Shown here in pieces: positions 12,118-24,840 of a stretch of 64,000 bases of DNA. Position numbers and translations under genes: made by a program. Within the stretch, counting starts at the first letter, position 1. Each line of letters opens with the position of its first letter. The DNA is from Octopus bimaculoides (lineage: Eukaryota), in NCBI RefSeq assembly GCF_001194135.2, contig NC_068995.1, positions 24,530,575 to 24,594,574 of the forward strand, written 5' to 3'. The notes beneath the pieces are model-generated. The model worked only from the letters and a program-made list of their open reading frames with translations, had not been told where the DNA came from and did not search any database.

Positions 12118-13324
12118 TATATATGGTACTTGTGTTAGAGCTGTGATGCTGCATGGTATTGAGACATGGGCCTTCAATGCAGGGAATTTGAAAAGACTGG
12201 AAGGAAATGAAGTGAGCATGCTCCATTGGATGGGTAGTGTAGGTGTGTATGAATGACATAGGGCAAATGGGCTGAGAGAAAAACAGAGGAATCAGATGTA
12301 GGAAAGAAGTCTGTGCAGGTGTGGACATGTACATCAATGAGGATTAGCTGTTTAGGGAAGTGCTGATCACTTAATGTGGATGGAACTTTCAGAAAAGGGA
12401 GACCCTAGAAGACATAGGATGCAGTGGTGAGGGCTGATCTCAGAGCCTTGAGTGTTGAAGAAGAGATGACAAAAGACCAGGATGACTGGCAACATGTGGT
12501 TCTTGAGAAGACCCACCAAACTCAGCAAAACTAAGTTCTGGAAGTACTGTGTGTGTTCTACACAATGAGAACTTTTGCCTAATTTCCTCTTTAAGTCATC
12601 GCCAAAACCCATCATCTTTCTAACTGCAGGGTTTCACTGATTCCACTTATGTTACTCCCTAATCAGAACCATTCTTCATTCTTGATACTGACATCGCTAC
12701 CCACATTTTATATTAATCACCCACCTGAAACACCAAATTATCTCCTCCTCTCTCACAATATAGCTTTCACTCTCTGTATGCACAATGCCTGCCTCTTTCT
12801 TCCCCCACATTCATGCAATCCATCAAGCTACACATAATCTCTCTCTCTCTCTTCCTTCCCCTGCCTATCATTACTAATCTATTGCTCTTCACCCCCATGC
12901 ATCACTGTTAACCCCACCCCACCCTTTATCCACCATTCACTGTATCCATCCCTCAACCATACCTAATCTCTATAGATATTTCCTATTCTCTCCTTCTCCC
13001 TCTACTTATTTTCCCTTAACATTTGTCCTTCATTCATTGTATTCTACTCTCATCCCCTTCACCTATTCCCCATCTCTCATTCTCCAGTATGGTCTTGTAA
13101 TTCTACCCTCATACATCCATTTCTTTGTCATTTCTCACTTCTACTCATCTCACAGCTTCAGGATTCACCCAGACCCTACTACTTTTATTGCTTTCCAGCT
13201 CCACCCAATTACTCCCAACCACTCTTCTGAAATGCAAGTAGCTGATTAGATTCTCTACAGACTTGTTCTGCTCTGACTCCTTCTTTCATACTTTAACCCC
13301 TTGTTTTCTAGTATAAAGCCACCT

Positions 13325-13655
13325 GGTGAAGGTGCATGGCTTAATGATTAGAAATATTTGGCTCATGATCGTAAGGTTGTGAGTTCAATTTCCAGTGGTG
13401 CATTGTTTCCTTGAGTAAGACACTTTATTTCACTTTGCTCCAGTCCATTCAGCTGGCAAAAATGAGTAGTACCTGTAATTCAAAAGGACCAGCCTTGCCA
13501 AATTCTATGTCATCTTGAGTCTCCTTGAGAACAACATGAAGGGTACACATGTCCGTGGAGTGCTCAGCCTCTTGTATGTTAATTTCACAAGCAGGCTATT
13601 CTCTTGATCAGATCAACAGCAACTCTTGTTGTCATATCCAATAGAGTGCCATTAA
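13325..13655 (+). mobile_element. SINE family C, full length, nested in RTE 3' UTR
   Basis: gaaggtgcatggcttaatg head, gagttcaatt B-box, ccttgagtaagacactttatttcac, ...gatcagatcaacagcaactc. Confidence 0.8.
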
Positions 13656-14105
13656 ATCCACCCCCCTCCCTCAGAGTTCTTTGTCTTATAAGCTGCTCAG
13701 CAACCTCACTATTACTGGTATCACAAAAAGAAGCACCCAGTACTTGCTGTAAAGTGATTGGTGTTAGGAAGGGTATCTAGCCATAGAAACCATGCCAAAG
13801 CAGACATTGGAGCATGATGCAGTCTTTGGACATCATTACATCAAATCAAACTGTTCAACTCATGCCACTTTCAAACATAAATGTTAAATGATGATGGAGA
13901 AATGTGAAATATGAAATGTGAAATAATTATTCAATACAAATTTTTTTTCTTAACTTTTTATTCAATAATTGATGAACAATCAGTTAAAACAATGATAACA
14001 GTGAGTGTAATAAGGTAAGCCAATATAATTAAGGTTTGATAATCATACAGTCTGTTTTACTGATTTTTCTTTCATATTTCATGTGTGAGTGTGTGTGTAT
14101 GTATG

Positions 14106-14136
<31 letters not shown>

Positions 14137-16023
14137 ATAATCACATTTATATATACAGATACCTATTAGCACACACACAGACACACTCCTCTATACACAG
14201 GCATAAATGGTCATACACTTTTTATATCTGTATAGACATCAATGCATACACACCTATCTACCAAAATATATATGTACATACTTATTCGTTGCATAGAGTG
14301 ATTGGTTTATTTCACCAAATTTTCCACTTATACAGAGAAGAAAGCAAGAACTTTTGTCAGCTTATTTTAAAAATATTTTTGTCATTTTTACATTTATATA
14401 TTTTTTCAACAATAATATATACAAAATGGCTATAACATACTTGCTTTTTTTTCTTTTTGCTATTATTTATTTTTTTTTTGTAAGTTTTGGGATATATTTT
14501 TTTAGAATTTTTTATTTTACAAACAAAAACAACTGTTTAATTCAAAAACAGTTCTATAAAGAACATAGAGTGAGAAGGAAAAAGATAGAATTGATCTTTT
14601 CTTAGGCACTCAGTCTGTCAATCATTTTCATTTAAGCATGTCAGTGAGACCAACCTCCTGCAGATGGTTTGTAGCTTGCTGCAATGTGCAGCAAGAATCA
14701 GAACAGTGTAGTGCTGCAAGGCCTGCTTTGCAGCAATAAAGCCTGGTCCACAACATCATTAATTGAAAAATCTTCTGGTGACAACACAACCATAGGTGGA
14801 ATCACTTCATACAAGAATATCAGAGAGAGAGAGAGAGAGGTTGAAGTTAAAACTGCATAAAGGCACATGACGACGTAGCTGTGTGTTAAAATAGGTATCA
14901 AGATGATAATAGAACAATTAGAGTATCATGCTGATGTAAATTCAGAAGCACTTGTAAAATGTTATAACAAGAGATAGATAGAAATATATTAATAATATAC
15001 AGTTGATACCTAATAGGGTGTGCTGAATATTATAAAGAAAACATGAACAATGTTTTACAAAATAAATGCCTTGTGCTTTTATTATGTTATATAGTTTTTT
15101 ATGACTAGTACTGAAAATTTGAAATAGAAATAGAGGTGCATTAATAGCATTTAAATGTTTTCTAAGTTTTGGGAAGACTGAAAGCTTGTGTTTAACTCCA
15201 GTTCTCAGGCTAGAAGTAAGTGAAAAACAACCATTTTATGGATAAGATACCAACTTATCACTGATAGGATGGTAAGATTCCCAGATGTCGAGGTATTTAT
15301 TTCTAATAGCTAGTTGGATTGCCCGGAAAATACAATAAAAGCTTAGCAACAGATTTGAACCCATAATCTATGCATTGGTAGTCCATACCTTATCCATTCA
15401 GTTATTTCGCTTCTGCATTAGCAACATATTCTAAATCTATACAACCAATAGAGAGACAGACAGACAGTGTAAATTTAATACGGCATAAAGGCACGTAATC
15501 TGTTTAGCTTACAGTTGTAATAAGGAGTGTTTAAAATATGACATGAGACTAGTTGTAGCATGTCTACTTGTTTTAGCTATTTCGTTCAATAGTAAATGTA
15601 TTAAAATAGAACAATGTGATCAAATCTATAAATTATGAACACTTGCAATATGCTCATTTAAAGATAATATCTATCCACAATAAAGCTGATGGTAAGATTT
15701 TCTCACAATTGGATATTTTCTTTTGAGTCTTAATATTTTCAATTAGCATTGATATTTTTACAAATGCCCTATATAAGTTTGAGGAAGTCTGTTATATGTA
15801 TATATGTATAGAGTCATACTAGTATAAGTATGTTTAACAGTAGTGATGGTGTAGCTTCTTTAGTTGATACTGATATTTATATAATGTCATTCAAATTCTG
15901 CTGAGGTCGACATTAGCATTCATCCTTATGAAGTCAAGAAATTAAAGTATGAGTCAAGTACTTGGGGTGAAATAATTGGCAACACTTCTCCACCAAAACA
16001 AGTCTGAAACTATTAATTTTACT

Positions 16024-16237
16024 TTAACCCTTTGGCCTTTAAACCAGCCATATCACACTCCAATATTCTACACATTTTATGCTTAAACTGGCCAGATTCA
16101 TACAATGTCAATCTAAAAATTTGCAATTACATTATTAAAATCTCAAAGCTATGAGATAATGCATGATTAATTCAAACCAATTTGAATAAACAAACATTTT
16201 TATGTTTGACAAAGCAATATGAATGCTAGAAGTTTAA
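16024..16237. mobile_element. piggyBac-like MITE
   Basis: Begins TTAA|CCCTTT (16024) and ends decayed gaatgctagaagt|TTAA (16237), i.e. TTAA flanks and short TIRs. Confidence 0.6.
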
Positions 16238-16402
16238 TGAACTATGGATGTACCTATGATAATGTGCATTATTGTTCCTAAATGTTCATTTTGTAAGATC
16301 ACATAAAACCTACGTGCAGTTTACCTGCAACATTTGTAGCATATCTTGCATTGTCTACCTTCGTGTTATCTTAGAAACACCACAAGCCAAATCAAAAAAA
16401 GG

Positions 16403-16437
<35 letters not shown>

Positions 16438-16884
16438 CTGCTCAAACCTTTAAGCATTTAGATTATTCTGTCCAATGTAATGCGTATTTATCACATTGTC
16501 TTGAATTAACGAGAGGTAATATTTTTCCGTACTTAAACGTAGATGTTGTGTTAGAACAAACTATACTGTGAAAGAAACCCCCATATTGGCTTTTGGTGCA
16601 AAATGCATTCTTGTTAATATTACTAGTGAGTAATTCTAAATTAATCATACATTATCTTGAAGCTTGAAGTTGTGGCACACAACTCTCCCTACTCCACACT
16701 ACCAATGTTTATCCAAGGAAAAGACCGTTGATTTGGGTTGAAACACGTTGGCACCAGTATTGTTGCAGGTGATACACCACAAGAAGCCAGGTCAGATACT
16801 GCAAGGCATCGAGCTTGACTCTTACAATTGAGTTAACCCACTATTCCAGATTAGCATAATTCTTTGAAAAATTAGTAGATGCAT

Positions 16885-17225
16885 AAAAATTAAGTACTTT
16901 GTTTCCAATCACATAGTCTCGGGTTTAGTTCCATTGTGGGCAAATGTCTTCTATTGTAGCTTTGAGCCAACCAAAACCTTGTGAGTGGATTTGAATGACA
17001 GAAACTGAAAGAAGCCTGTTGCATGCATGTGTGTGTATTGATGTTTATGTCTGTGTTTATTCCCCACCACCATTTGACAACTGGTGTTGGTGTGTTTATG
17101 TCCTTATAATTCAGCAAAAAATGCACCAAGCTTTAAAAAATAAGTACTGGAGTTGATTCATTTGACTAAAATTGCTCAAGGTGGTGCCCCAGCATGGCCA
17201 CAGTCTGAAACAAGTAATAGATTAA
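16885..17225 (+). mobile_element. SINE family B
   Basis: gggcaaatgtcttcta...gaaactgaaagaagcctg...gccccagcatggccacag. Confidence 0.8.
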
Positions 17226-17754
17226 AGATAAAATATGAGTCTTTCAGGAGATTTCCTTGATATCTTGAAGACCTTATCAATTATAACACATTACTTGTTA
17301 ACAACAAATATCTTTGTAATGAATTCAACTGAATATTCTTACTACGAAGAAGAATATATTGATATTGTTATGAGCAATACCAGATTGATTAAATCAGTTT
17401 CTTTTTTGATGGCTTAGTCAGAGGACAAAATATAGTATGGCTGCACCCATTAGATTCTTCAAGATTAGTGGGAAGAAGAGAGGAAGTTAAACTTAGACCG
17501 AAAACTGGCTAGAATGCTTGCAAAAGAGTGGCTTGCTTAGTCTACTGTCCAGATTGTAGCCCCACCATTTCGTTTCTTATCATATTCACTGATATTTTTA
17601 TACTATTTGAATGATAACTACAAAAGCACAACCAAGGTTTTTATCCAAATACTTTAGTGTTCAAAATAGTTCCAAGTCAATTCTTTTCCTTTCTATTTTC
17701 GTGCCTCAAATAGTTTATACTTAGGAATTTTTTTGATGTTTTATTGATATATAA

Positions 17755-17965
17755 TATTGGTTTCAAATTTTGGCACAAGGCTAGCAATTCTGGGGCAGGG
17801 GGTAAATCAATTACATTGACCCCCAGTGCTCACTTGTTATTTATTTTATTGACCCTGAAAGGATGATAGGCAAAGATGACTTCAGCAAAATTTGAACTCA
17901 GAATGTACAGACTGACAAAAGGCCACTAAGCATTTTGGCCAACATGCTAACACTTCTACTAGCTT
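17755..17965 (-). mobile_element. SINE family A
   Basis: tttcaaattttggcacaagg...gaccctgaaaggatga...atttgaactcagaatg. Confidence 0.8.
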
Positions 17966-18493
17966 GCTACCTTTAATGATACACAATATAACCATTATTT
18001 TATTTACTATTTTGTTTTATAACCATTTTACAAACAGAGACATAGTAAAGAAAGGCCAGAAAGGTAAATACATAAACAGATGGAAAGAGAGAGAGCGAGA
18101 GGGCGTGTATATAGACACATTGAAGATTCTGCATGTGTTTCTCTCTCTCTATACACACACACACACACACACATACATACAAACATTTATTTATACACAC
18201 ACACACACATACACACACACAGATACACATACAATATTAGTGATGTTTATAGAAGAAAGAAGAATTAATGAATAAACAGAAATTTTTAGAATTTGAGAAA
18301 GCTTGTTTAAGTTAGGTTAGTTGTTTCATTGTTTCGAGTTGAAATACTGCCAGGGTCAGTATTGTACAGCATCGCTAAAGGAAGAAATACCAGTTATTCT
18401 AGGAGTAAAATGTGTGATAAAAGTAATTATTTTATTCTTTTATGAACAGTGTCTCATAGAAAAAGAGACTGAATTGTCTTGGTTGTGTGATTT

Positions 18494-18554
<61 letters not shown>

Positions 18555-18779
18555 CAACTGATTTACTTTGTTTTAAGACATCAATAAATAGGAAAGAACA
18601 AGTCATAACAGTCTGTTTGTAGTAAAAAGATTATTTTTATAACTATAGGACCTGTCTTATGAGATGGAATTATTTGTTGGGCAAGCTAATTAAACTGGCT
18701 AGTATATTTGTTTTAAGCAACCTGACTAAAAAGAACAAAGTTTAATTGTTAAGAAAAAAAATAAAAAAATGTAAATGGG

Positions 18780-19179
18780 GCGTGGCTGTGGTAAGAGGCT
18801 TGCTTCCCAGCCACATGGTTCTGGGTTGTCTCATTGCATGACAGCTTGAGCTAGTGTCCTCTACTATAACCTCAGGCTGACCAAAGCCTTGTGAATGGAT
18901 TTGGTAGATGGAAACTGAAAGAAGCCTGTCACACACACATATATCTATGTGTGTACATGTTTTTGTGCCTGTATTTATCCCCTGCCACCACTTGACAACC
19001 GGTGTGGGTGTGTTTACATCCCCATAACTTACTGGTTTGGCAAAAGATTTTAGAATAAATACCAGGCTTAAAAGAAAAATAAGTCCTGGGGATGATTCAT
19101 TTGATTAAAAATTCTTGAAGGTGGTGCCCCAGAATGGGCACACTCTAATGACTGAAACAGGAAAAAGATAAAAGATAAA
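18780..19179 (+). mobile_element. SINE family B
   Basis: ggggcgtggctgtggtaagaggcttgcttccc head through gactgaaacaggaaaaagataaaag tail. Confidence 0.85.
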
Positions 19180-19360
19180 NNNNNNNNNNNNNNNNNNNNN
19201 NNNNNNNNNNNNNNNNNNNNNNNNNNNNNNNNNNNNNNNNNNNNNNNNNNNNNNNNNNNNNNNNNNNNNNNNNNNNNNNNNNNNNNNNNNNNNNNNNNNN
19301 NNNNNNNNNNNNNNNNNNNNNNNNNNNNNNNNNNNNNNNNNNNNNNNNNNNNNNNNNNNN
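19180..19360. other. Assembly gap (N)
   Basis: Run of N. Confidence 1.
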
Positions 19361-19464
19361 GCCCTTTCTGTACACATAACTAACTATTACAGTGGAAAAA
19401 AAGTTAAGGCATTTAGTCTGGGACACTGTTAGTTATTCACTGTTCCAAATGATAATTATTTCTA

Positions 19465-20404
19465 GTAAAAGCACAAGGCCTGAATCTTAGGTTAGTCAAT
19501 AGCATCAACACCAGTATTTAGCTGGTACTTTATTTCGTTGACCCTGAAAGGCTGAACTCAGGGAGTAAAGGGTTAAAACAAATACAAGGCATTTTCTCTG
19601 ATGCTTTAATGATTCTTAATAATAATGATAATAATAATAATAATAATAATCCTTTCTACTAAAGGTATAAGGCCTTGAAATTTTGTGGGAGGAGGCTAGT
19701 CGATTAGATCAATCCCAGTGCTTGACTGGTACACATTTCATCAACCCTGAAAGGATGAAAGGCAAAGTTGACCTCGGTGGAATTTGAACTGTAATAATAA
19801 TAATAATAATAATAATCCTTTCTACTGAAGACACAAGGCCTTGAAATTTGGTGGGAGGAAACTAGTCGATTACATCGACCCCAGTGTTTCATGGGTACTT
19901 AATTTATTGACCCCGAAAGGATGAAAGGTAAAGTCGACCTCAGCAGAATTTGAACTCAGAATGTAAAGCTCGCTGCCTTTATTTAAGATAATAATAATAA
20001 TGACAATGATTTCAAATATTGGCACAAGACCAAAACTTTCAGGCAAAGAAGCAAGTCATTTACTTCAACCCCAGTACTTATTTTATCAACCTCAAAATGA
20101 TGAAAGGAAAAGTAGGCCTTGGCAGAATTTGAACTCAGAATATGAAGACAGACAAAGTGCTGCTAAGCATTTTACCTGGCATGCTAATGATTCTGCCAGT
20201 AGTAGTAGTAGTAATAATAACGATAATGGTTTCAATTTTTGGCTCAAGGCCAGCAAGCTTGGAGGAGAAGGTAAGTCAGTTATATTGACCCCAATGACCT
20301 GAAAGAATGAAAGGCAATGTTGAACTCAGAACACAAAGACAGAAAAGATGCTGCCTGGTGTGCTAATGACTCTGCCAGCTCACCACCTTAATAATAATAA
20401 TAAT

Positions 20405-20437
<33 letters not shown>

Positions 20438-21110
20438 AGTTTCTGATTTAGGCTCATGGCTAGCAATTTTGAGGGGGAGGCAGCTAATTAATATCATTGA
20501 TCCCAGTATTCGATTAGTATTTTATATTATTGACGCTGAAAGGATGAAAGGTAAAGTTGATTTGAGTAGGATTTGAAATTTGAACATAGAGAGCTGGAAC
20601 AAATACTGCAAAACATTTTTTCAAATGCTCTCACAATTCTGCCAGTTTACTACCTGAATAATAATTATAATGATTATTTCAAGTTTTTGGCACAAGGCAA
20701 TTTTGGGTAAGGGGTTCGTCGATTCCACTGACTGATATTCTATTGAACCAGAAAGGATGCAAGGCAAAGTTGACTTTGGCTGGATTTGAACTCAGAACCT
20801 AAAGAGCCAGAACAAGTAGAGAAAGGAATTTTCTCTGAAGCTCTAATGATTCTGACAATCCACCACACTACTATTCTTAATAATAATAATAATCTTTTTT
20901 ACTAAAGGCACAAGGCCTGGAATTTTGTGGGAGGGAACTAGTCAACTATATCGACCCCAGTGTTTCACTGGTACTTAATTTATCAACACTGAAAGGATGA
21001 AAAGCAGAGTTCACCTCGGCAGAATTTGAGCCCAGAATTTAAGAATAAATGAAATGCCGCTAAGCATTTTGTCCTGCATGCTAACGATTCTGCCAGCTCG
21101 CCACCTCTAT
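19465..21110 (-). mobile_element. Array of ~8 SINE family A copies, all minus strand, separated by (AAT)n/(AAC)n/(AGT)n
   Basis: The gaaaggatgaaagg...gaatttgaactc core recurs near 19545, 19750, 19920, 20100, 20305, 20540, 20755 and 20995. Confidence 0.85.
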
Positions 21111-21114
21111 TAAA

Positions 21115-21118
21115 AATG

Positions 21119-21186
<68 letters not shown>
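21115..21186. repeat. (AAT)n microsatellite
   Basis: Direct reading. Confidence 0.98.
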
Positions 21187-21198
21187 TTCTTTTATTAC

Positions 21199-21997
21199 TG
21201 TGGGGGATGTGTGACATTACAGAATAATAAGTTTTTAGATTGAGTATCATAAAAAACAAACAAGTGTTATAAAATATATTGTGTATGAATCCTAACAGTT
21301 AGCTAGGATCAACCAATGAAACCTTCTGAAACATGATTAACTTGACAACCCCCTCCCTGTGCTGCTCTCTAATCTGTAGTTACATGTCCAGAAGAGGCCT
21401 ATTCAATTACTCCCATTCACCCTTCATAGAAATTAAATGGAGAAGAGTACTTACTCTTCCATCTTTATGTTACTTTTCAAGTGGTTTTGTTAAAAAGGAA
21501 AAATATTCTGTTCTCAGTCCTTTCAGTTTTGTTCTCTGTACTCTCTCAATCAACCATAGCCACCATACAGACAAAGATTGCACCACCGCATTTCCTAGTA
21601 TAAAAAAGGTGCTGGGGGGGGGGTGATTTTTACAATCGACTGATAAATTTGACAGACTCGATTGAAAGCTTTAGCCACTCAACAGGCACCAAAAAATGTT
21701 AGTTCCGGTAGAAATTTCTACCATTGAATTTTAACATTGATCCAAGGTCAGACATTTTAGGGCTAGACACAGAACTTGTCCAATCATGTCTTATCAACCC
21801 TTTAAAGGTAAAAGGTAATGTTTATTCCTGTGAGATTTCACTTCACATCATAGGAATAAAACCTTGTAGCATTTTTCCTAGTGATGAAACATATTCCTGC
21901 ACCTATAGCTGTAATAGTAGCAATTGCCATCCATTCCTATGCACTATAATAGTAGTATAAATAAAACTGTGTACACTAGTACATTGTGACACTAACA
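21199..21997 (+). mobile_element. Possible solo LTR (~800 bp)
   Basis: Starts TGT, ends ACA, AATAAA at 21960-21965; flanks TTAC/TTTC are a 1-mismatch 4-bp TSD at best. Confidence 0.3.
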
Positions 21998-22074
21998 TTT
22001 CAGGTAGGCCCTTTATATCACCTAGATTTATTATAGTAAGATAATTACTTGTAATATTTACTACATAGATTAAG

Positions 22075-22285
22075 GTGATAAACTGGCAGAATTGTTAGCA
22101 TGCCAGGCAAAATGCCTAGCAGCATTTTGTCTGTCTTTACATTTTGAGTTCAGATGCTGCTAAGGTCAACTTTGCCTTTTATTTTTTGGGAGTCAATAAA
22201 ATAGGTATCAGTTGAACACTGGGGTTGATGTAACTGATTTAACTCCTCCAAAATTGTTGGCCTTGTGCCAAAATTTGAAGCTAAT
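22075..22285 (+). mobile_element. SINE family A
   Basis: aactggcagaattgttagc...aaggtcaactttgcctttt...ccttgtgccaaaatttgaa. Confidence 0.8.
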
Positions 22286-23303
22286 ATTTATTACATAAAT
22301 ACAAGAATTCTGATTGACAAGGAAAGGAGATTGGTAAGCTGTGATATTCCTTTTCCAAAAACATTAGCAACATAGTCAAAATAAAACAGTTATTACTGGA
22401 AATCAAAACTGGGCTTGTCACAACTCTTCAATAATTGCATAGTTTCCCAAATATTTATTTTTATTCAATGTCCAACATTGTGAAGTGTGTACAATCCTAT
22501 AAAAGTGATATCTTGATAAAATATCACAATTCCTTTGTGCACATTTCAAGAAACTATGATCAAAATTTATATTTTGTATGTTATCTTTGAATTAAGCTCA
22601 ATGGTTAAGTAATATTGCAGTGTTGAATAGAAATATTTTTTCTTTCTCTTTGTTGATGTCGGTTACCTTGGGCAAGTAATAACATGCTCTTTGCTTCCCT
22701 GGGTAGGATATTAAGAATCCTGCAAAGAATTAGATAATGGTTGTGAGTTAGCAGTATAGTAACAACACTAGATATACTTCTGTCATATTACAGGTCATCA
22801 GTGAAGCACAGTTTAAATGTAACAAGACCCTTAGAATGACAAGAGAGATATATTTGCTATGGACACAATGCAGTATAAGTAACAAGATTTAAATTATTGA
22901 CTCTTTAACTGATCAGGCTGCACTTTATGAAATTAGCTGTTATTCTCATCAACAAGTTATTTTACCATTGGAATCTGATTCAACCAAAAAATACTTTGGA
23001 ATTTTGCTTAAGAACACAGAAGATGAACCATGAAAAAAATCTTAATTATAGTACAAAATCAAAACCATAATTGGAATCTAAAAAATAATGAAAGATGTTC
23101 AAGTGTTATGCTTTTAACAATCTTAACTGTTAAATAAAAATCAAAAACATAAACAAAATCTTTAACATAATAAAGCAGTGTCAGGAAAATCTATGTAAAG
23201 AATAAATACAGGAATATTTAAATAATACTATTCAAAGTGCATAGAAAATCTGAAATCCATTTTGAAGAAGATTAGCTGAGAAAATTTATATGGTTGTTCA
23301 ACC

Positions 23304-23692
23304 TTACTCTTTACTCTTTTACTTGTTTCAGTCATTTGACTGTGGCCATGCTGGAGCACCGCCTTTAGTCAAGCAAATCGACCCTAGGACTTATTCCTTG
23401 TAAGCCTAGTACTTATTCTATCGGTCTCTTTTGCCGAACCACTAAGTTACAGGGATGTGAACACACCAATATCGGTTGTCAAGCGATGTTGCGGGGACAA
23501 ACACAGACAAATAAACATATACACACACACATATATATATGTATATACATATATACGACGGGCTTCTTTCAGTTCTTTGGTCAGCCCAAGGCTATAGTTG
23601 AAAACACTTGCCCAAGGTGTCACACAGTGGGACTGAACCCAGAACTATGTGGTTGGTAAGCAAGCTACTTACCACACAGCCACTCCTGTGCC
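23304..23692 (-). mobile_element. SINE family B, well preserved full-length copy
   Basis: Tail (tactctt)n, ctggagcaccgcc, internal (CA/TA)n, acacttgcccaaggtg CORE, cttaccacacagcc head. Confidence 0.92.
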
Positions 23693-24114
23693 TTCTGGAA
23701 ATAACAGCTAAACTTTCACTTTTACCACACATTGCAGTCTTAAATAAAGAATAGGCGGATGCATTGAATAGTCTACTTTGATGTACATAATCATCATCAT
23801 CACCCAGCTCATAGTTGGAATGTCTTTGATTATAGGTCTCTTTGATTAGGAATGACCTGAATTTAAGCAACAACCCTGTAATTTGAAAGTAACAACCACT
23901 CTTGGCAAATAATTTATTTTTATTGTATATATCATGCATTTTGTGATAAATAACATTATCGGTTATAAATTTCCAATGTGTTATTCACTGTTGATTTTGG
24001 TTTTCAAATGAATCACTGTGCAACGTGGGGAGCAATGAATACCATAAAATATTTTTGTCCAAATGCACTGCTTAATAGGTTTCTTAATGTGTACATATTT
24101 TGATGATAAATATT

Positions 24115-24330
24115 GATTTCAAATTTTGGCACAAGACCAGCAACTTTGGAGAAGGCTCAAGTTGATTACATTGACCCTAGTACTCAACTGGTACTTATTT
24201 TATTGACCTCAAAAGGACAAAAGGTAAAGTGGACCTCAGTAGAATTTGAACTCAGAATGTGAAAACAGATGAAATTCCACTAAGCATTTTGCCTGGTGTG
24301 CTGATGGTTCTGCTAGCTTGCTACCTTATT
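24115..24330 (-). mobile_element. SINE family A
   Basis: Same core and head as other copies. Confidence 0.8.
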
Positions 24331-24629
24331 TTGATGGTATGTTAACATGCGCGCATGTACACACACACACACACACACACACATGGCTTGTGCACAATTT
24401 CAGTTTTTAACAAATTTCACTTACAAAGCATTGGTCAACATCAAATGATGATAGAAAATACTTCTCCATTAGGTGCAACCATTTTGCTGCTCAGCTTGCC
24501 TTACACTGCGTCAGTTACTTGGGTCTTATAACAAGCTTAACAATGTAAGTAAAGTTTGAGAGTACTTATTAGAATTTTGAAACCTTTGACAACATATCAT
24601 GCGTGAGGTCAAGCCAAGTGAGATCATAG

Positions 24630-24840
24630 TTGTGGTTGATGCCGGTGTTGCATAGATGGCACTTGTGCCAGTGGCACATAAAAAGCACCCACTACACTCT
24701 TGGAAGGGCATCCAGCCATAGAAACCATGCCAAATCAGACTGGAACCTGGTGCAGCTCCCCAGCTTATTAGTTTTCAGTCAAATCGTCTAACTCCTGCCA
24801 GCATGGAAAACAAATATTAATTGATGATGATGATGACGTC
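24630..24840 (+). mobile_element. RTE-LINE 3' tail with (GAT)n
   Basis: gtggcacataaaaagcacccactacactc...agcatggaaaac...gatgatgatgatgac. Confidence 0.75.

Larger units (their letters stand above)
10975..13895 (+). mobile_element. 5'-truncated RTE-clade LINE: RT, PHD-like insert, C-terminus, long CT-rich 3' UTR and (GAT)n tail, with two nested SINEs
   Basis: DEWLVRVIQVVY, VGVHQNSV, FLYTEDLVLIAES (decayed YADD at 11200-11211), SFCYLRDII, ARVRIGKRKFRELL, CVRAVMLHGIETW, EEMTKDQDDW; tail ends tgttaaatgatgatg near 13890. Confidence 0.85.

Noticed and set aside
17248-17417. Phase-1 terminal exon candidate (GDFLDILK...NSTEYSYYEEEYID)
   Set aside because: Weak pyrimidine tract derived from a SINE tail; no homology recognised.
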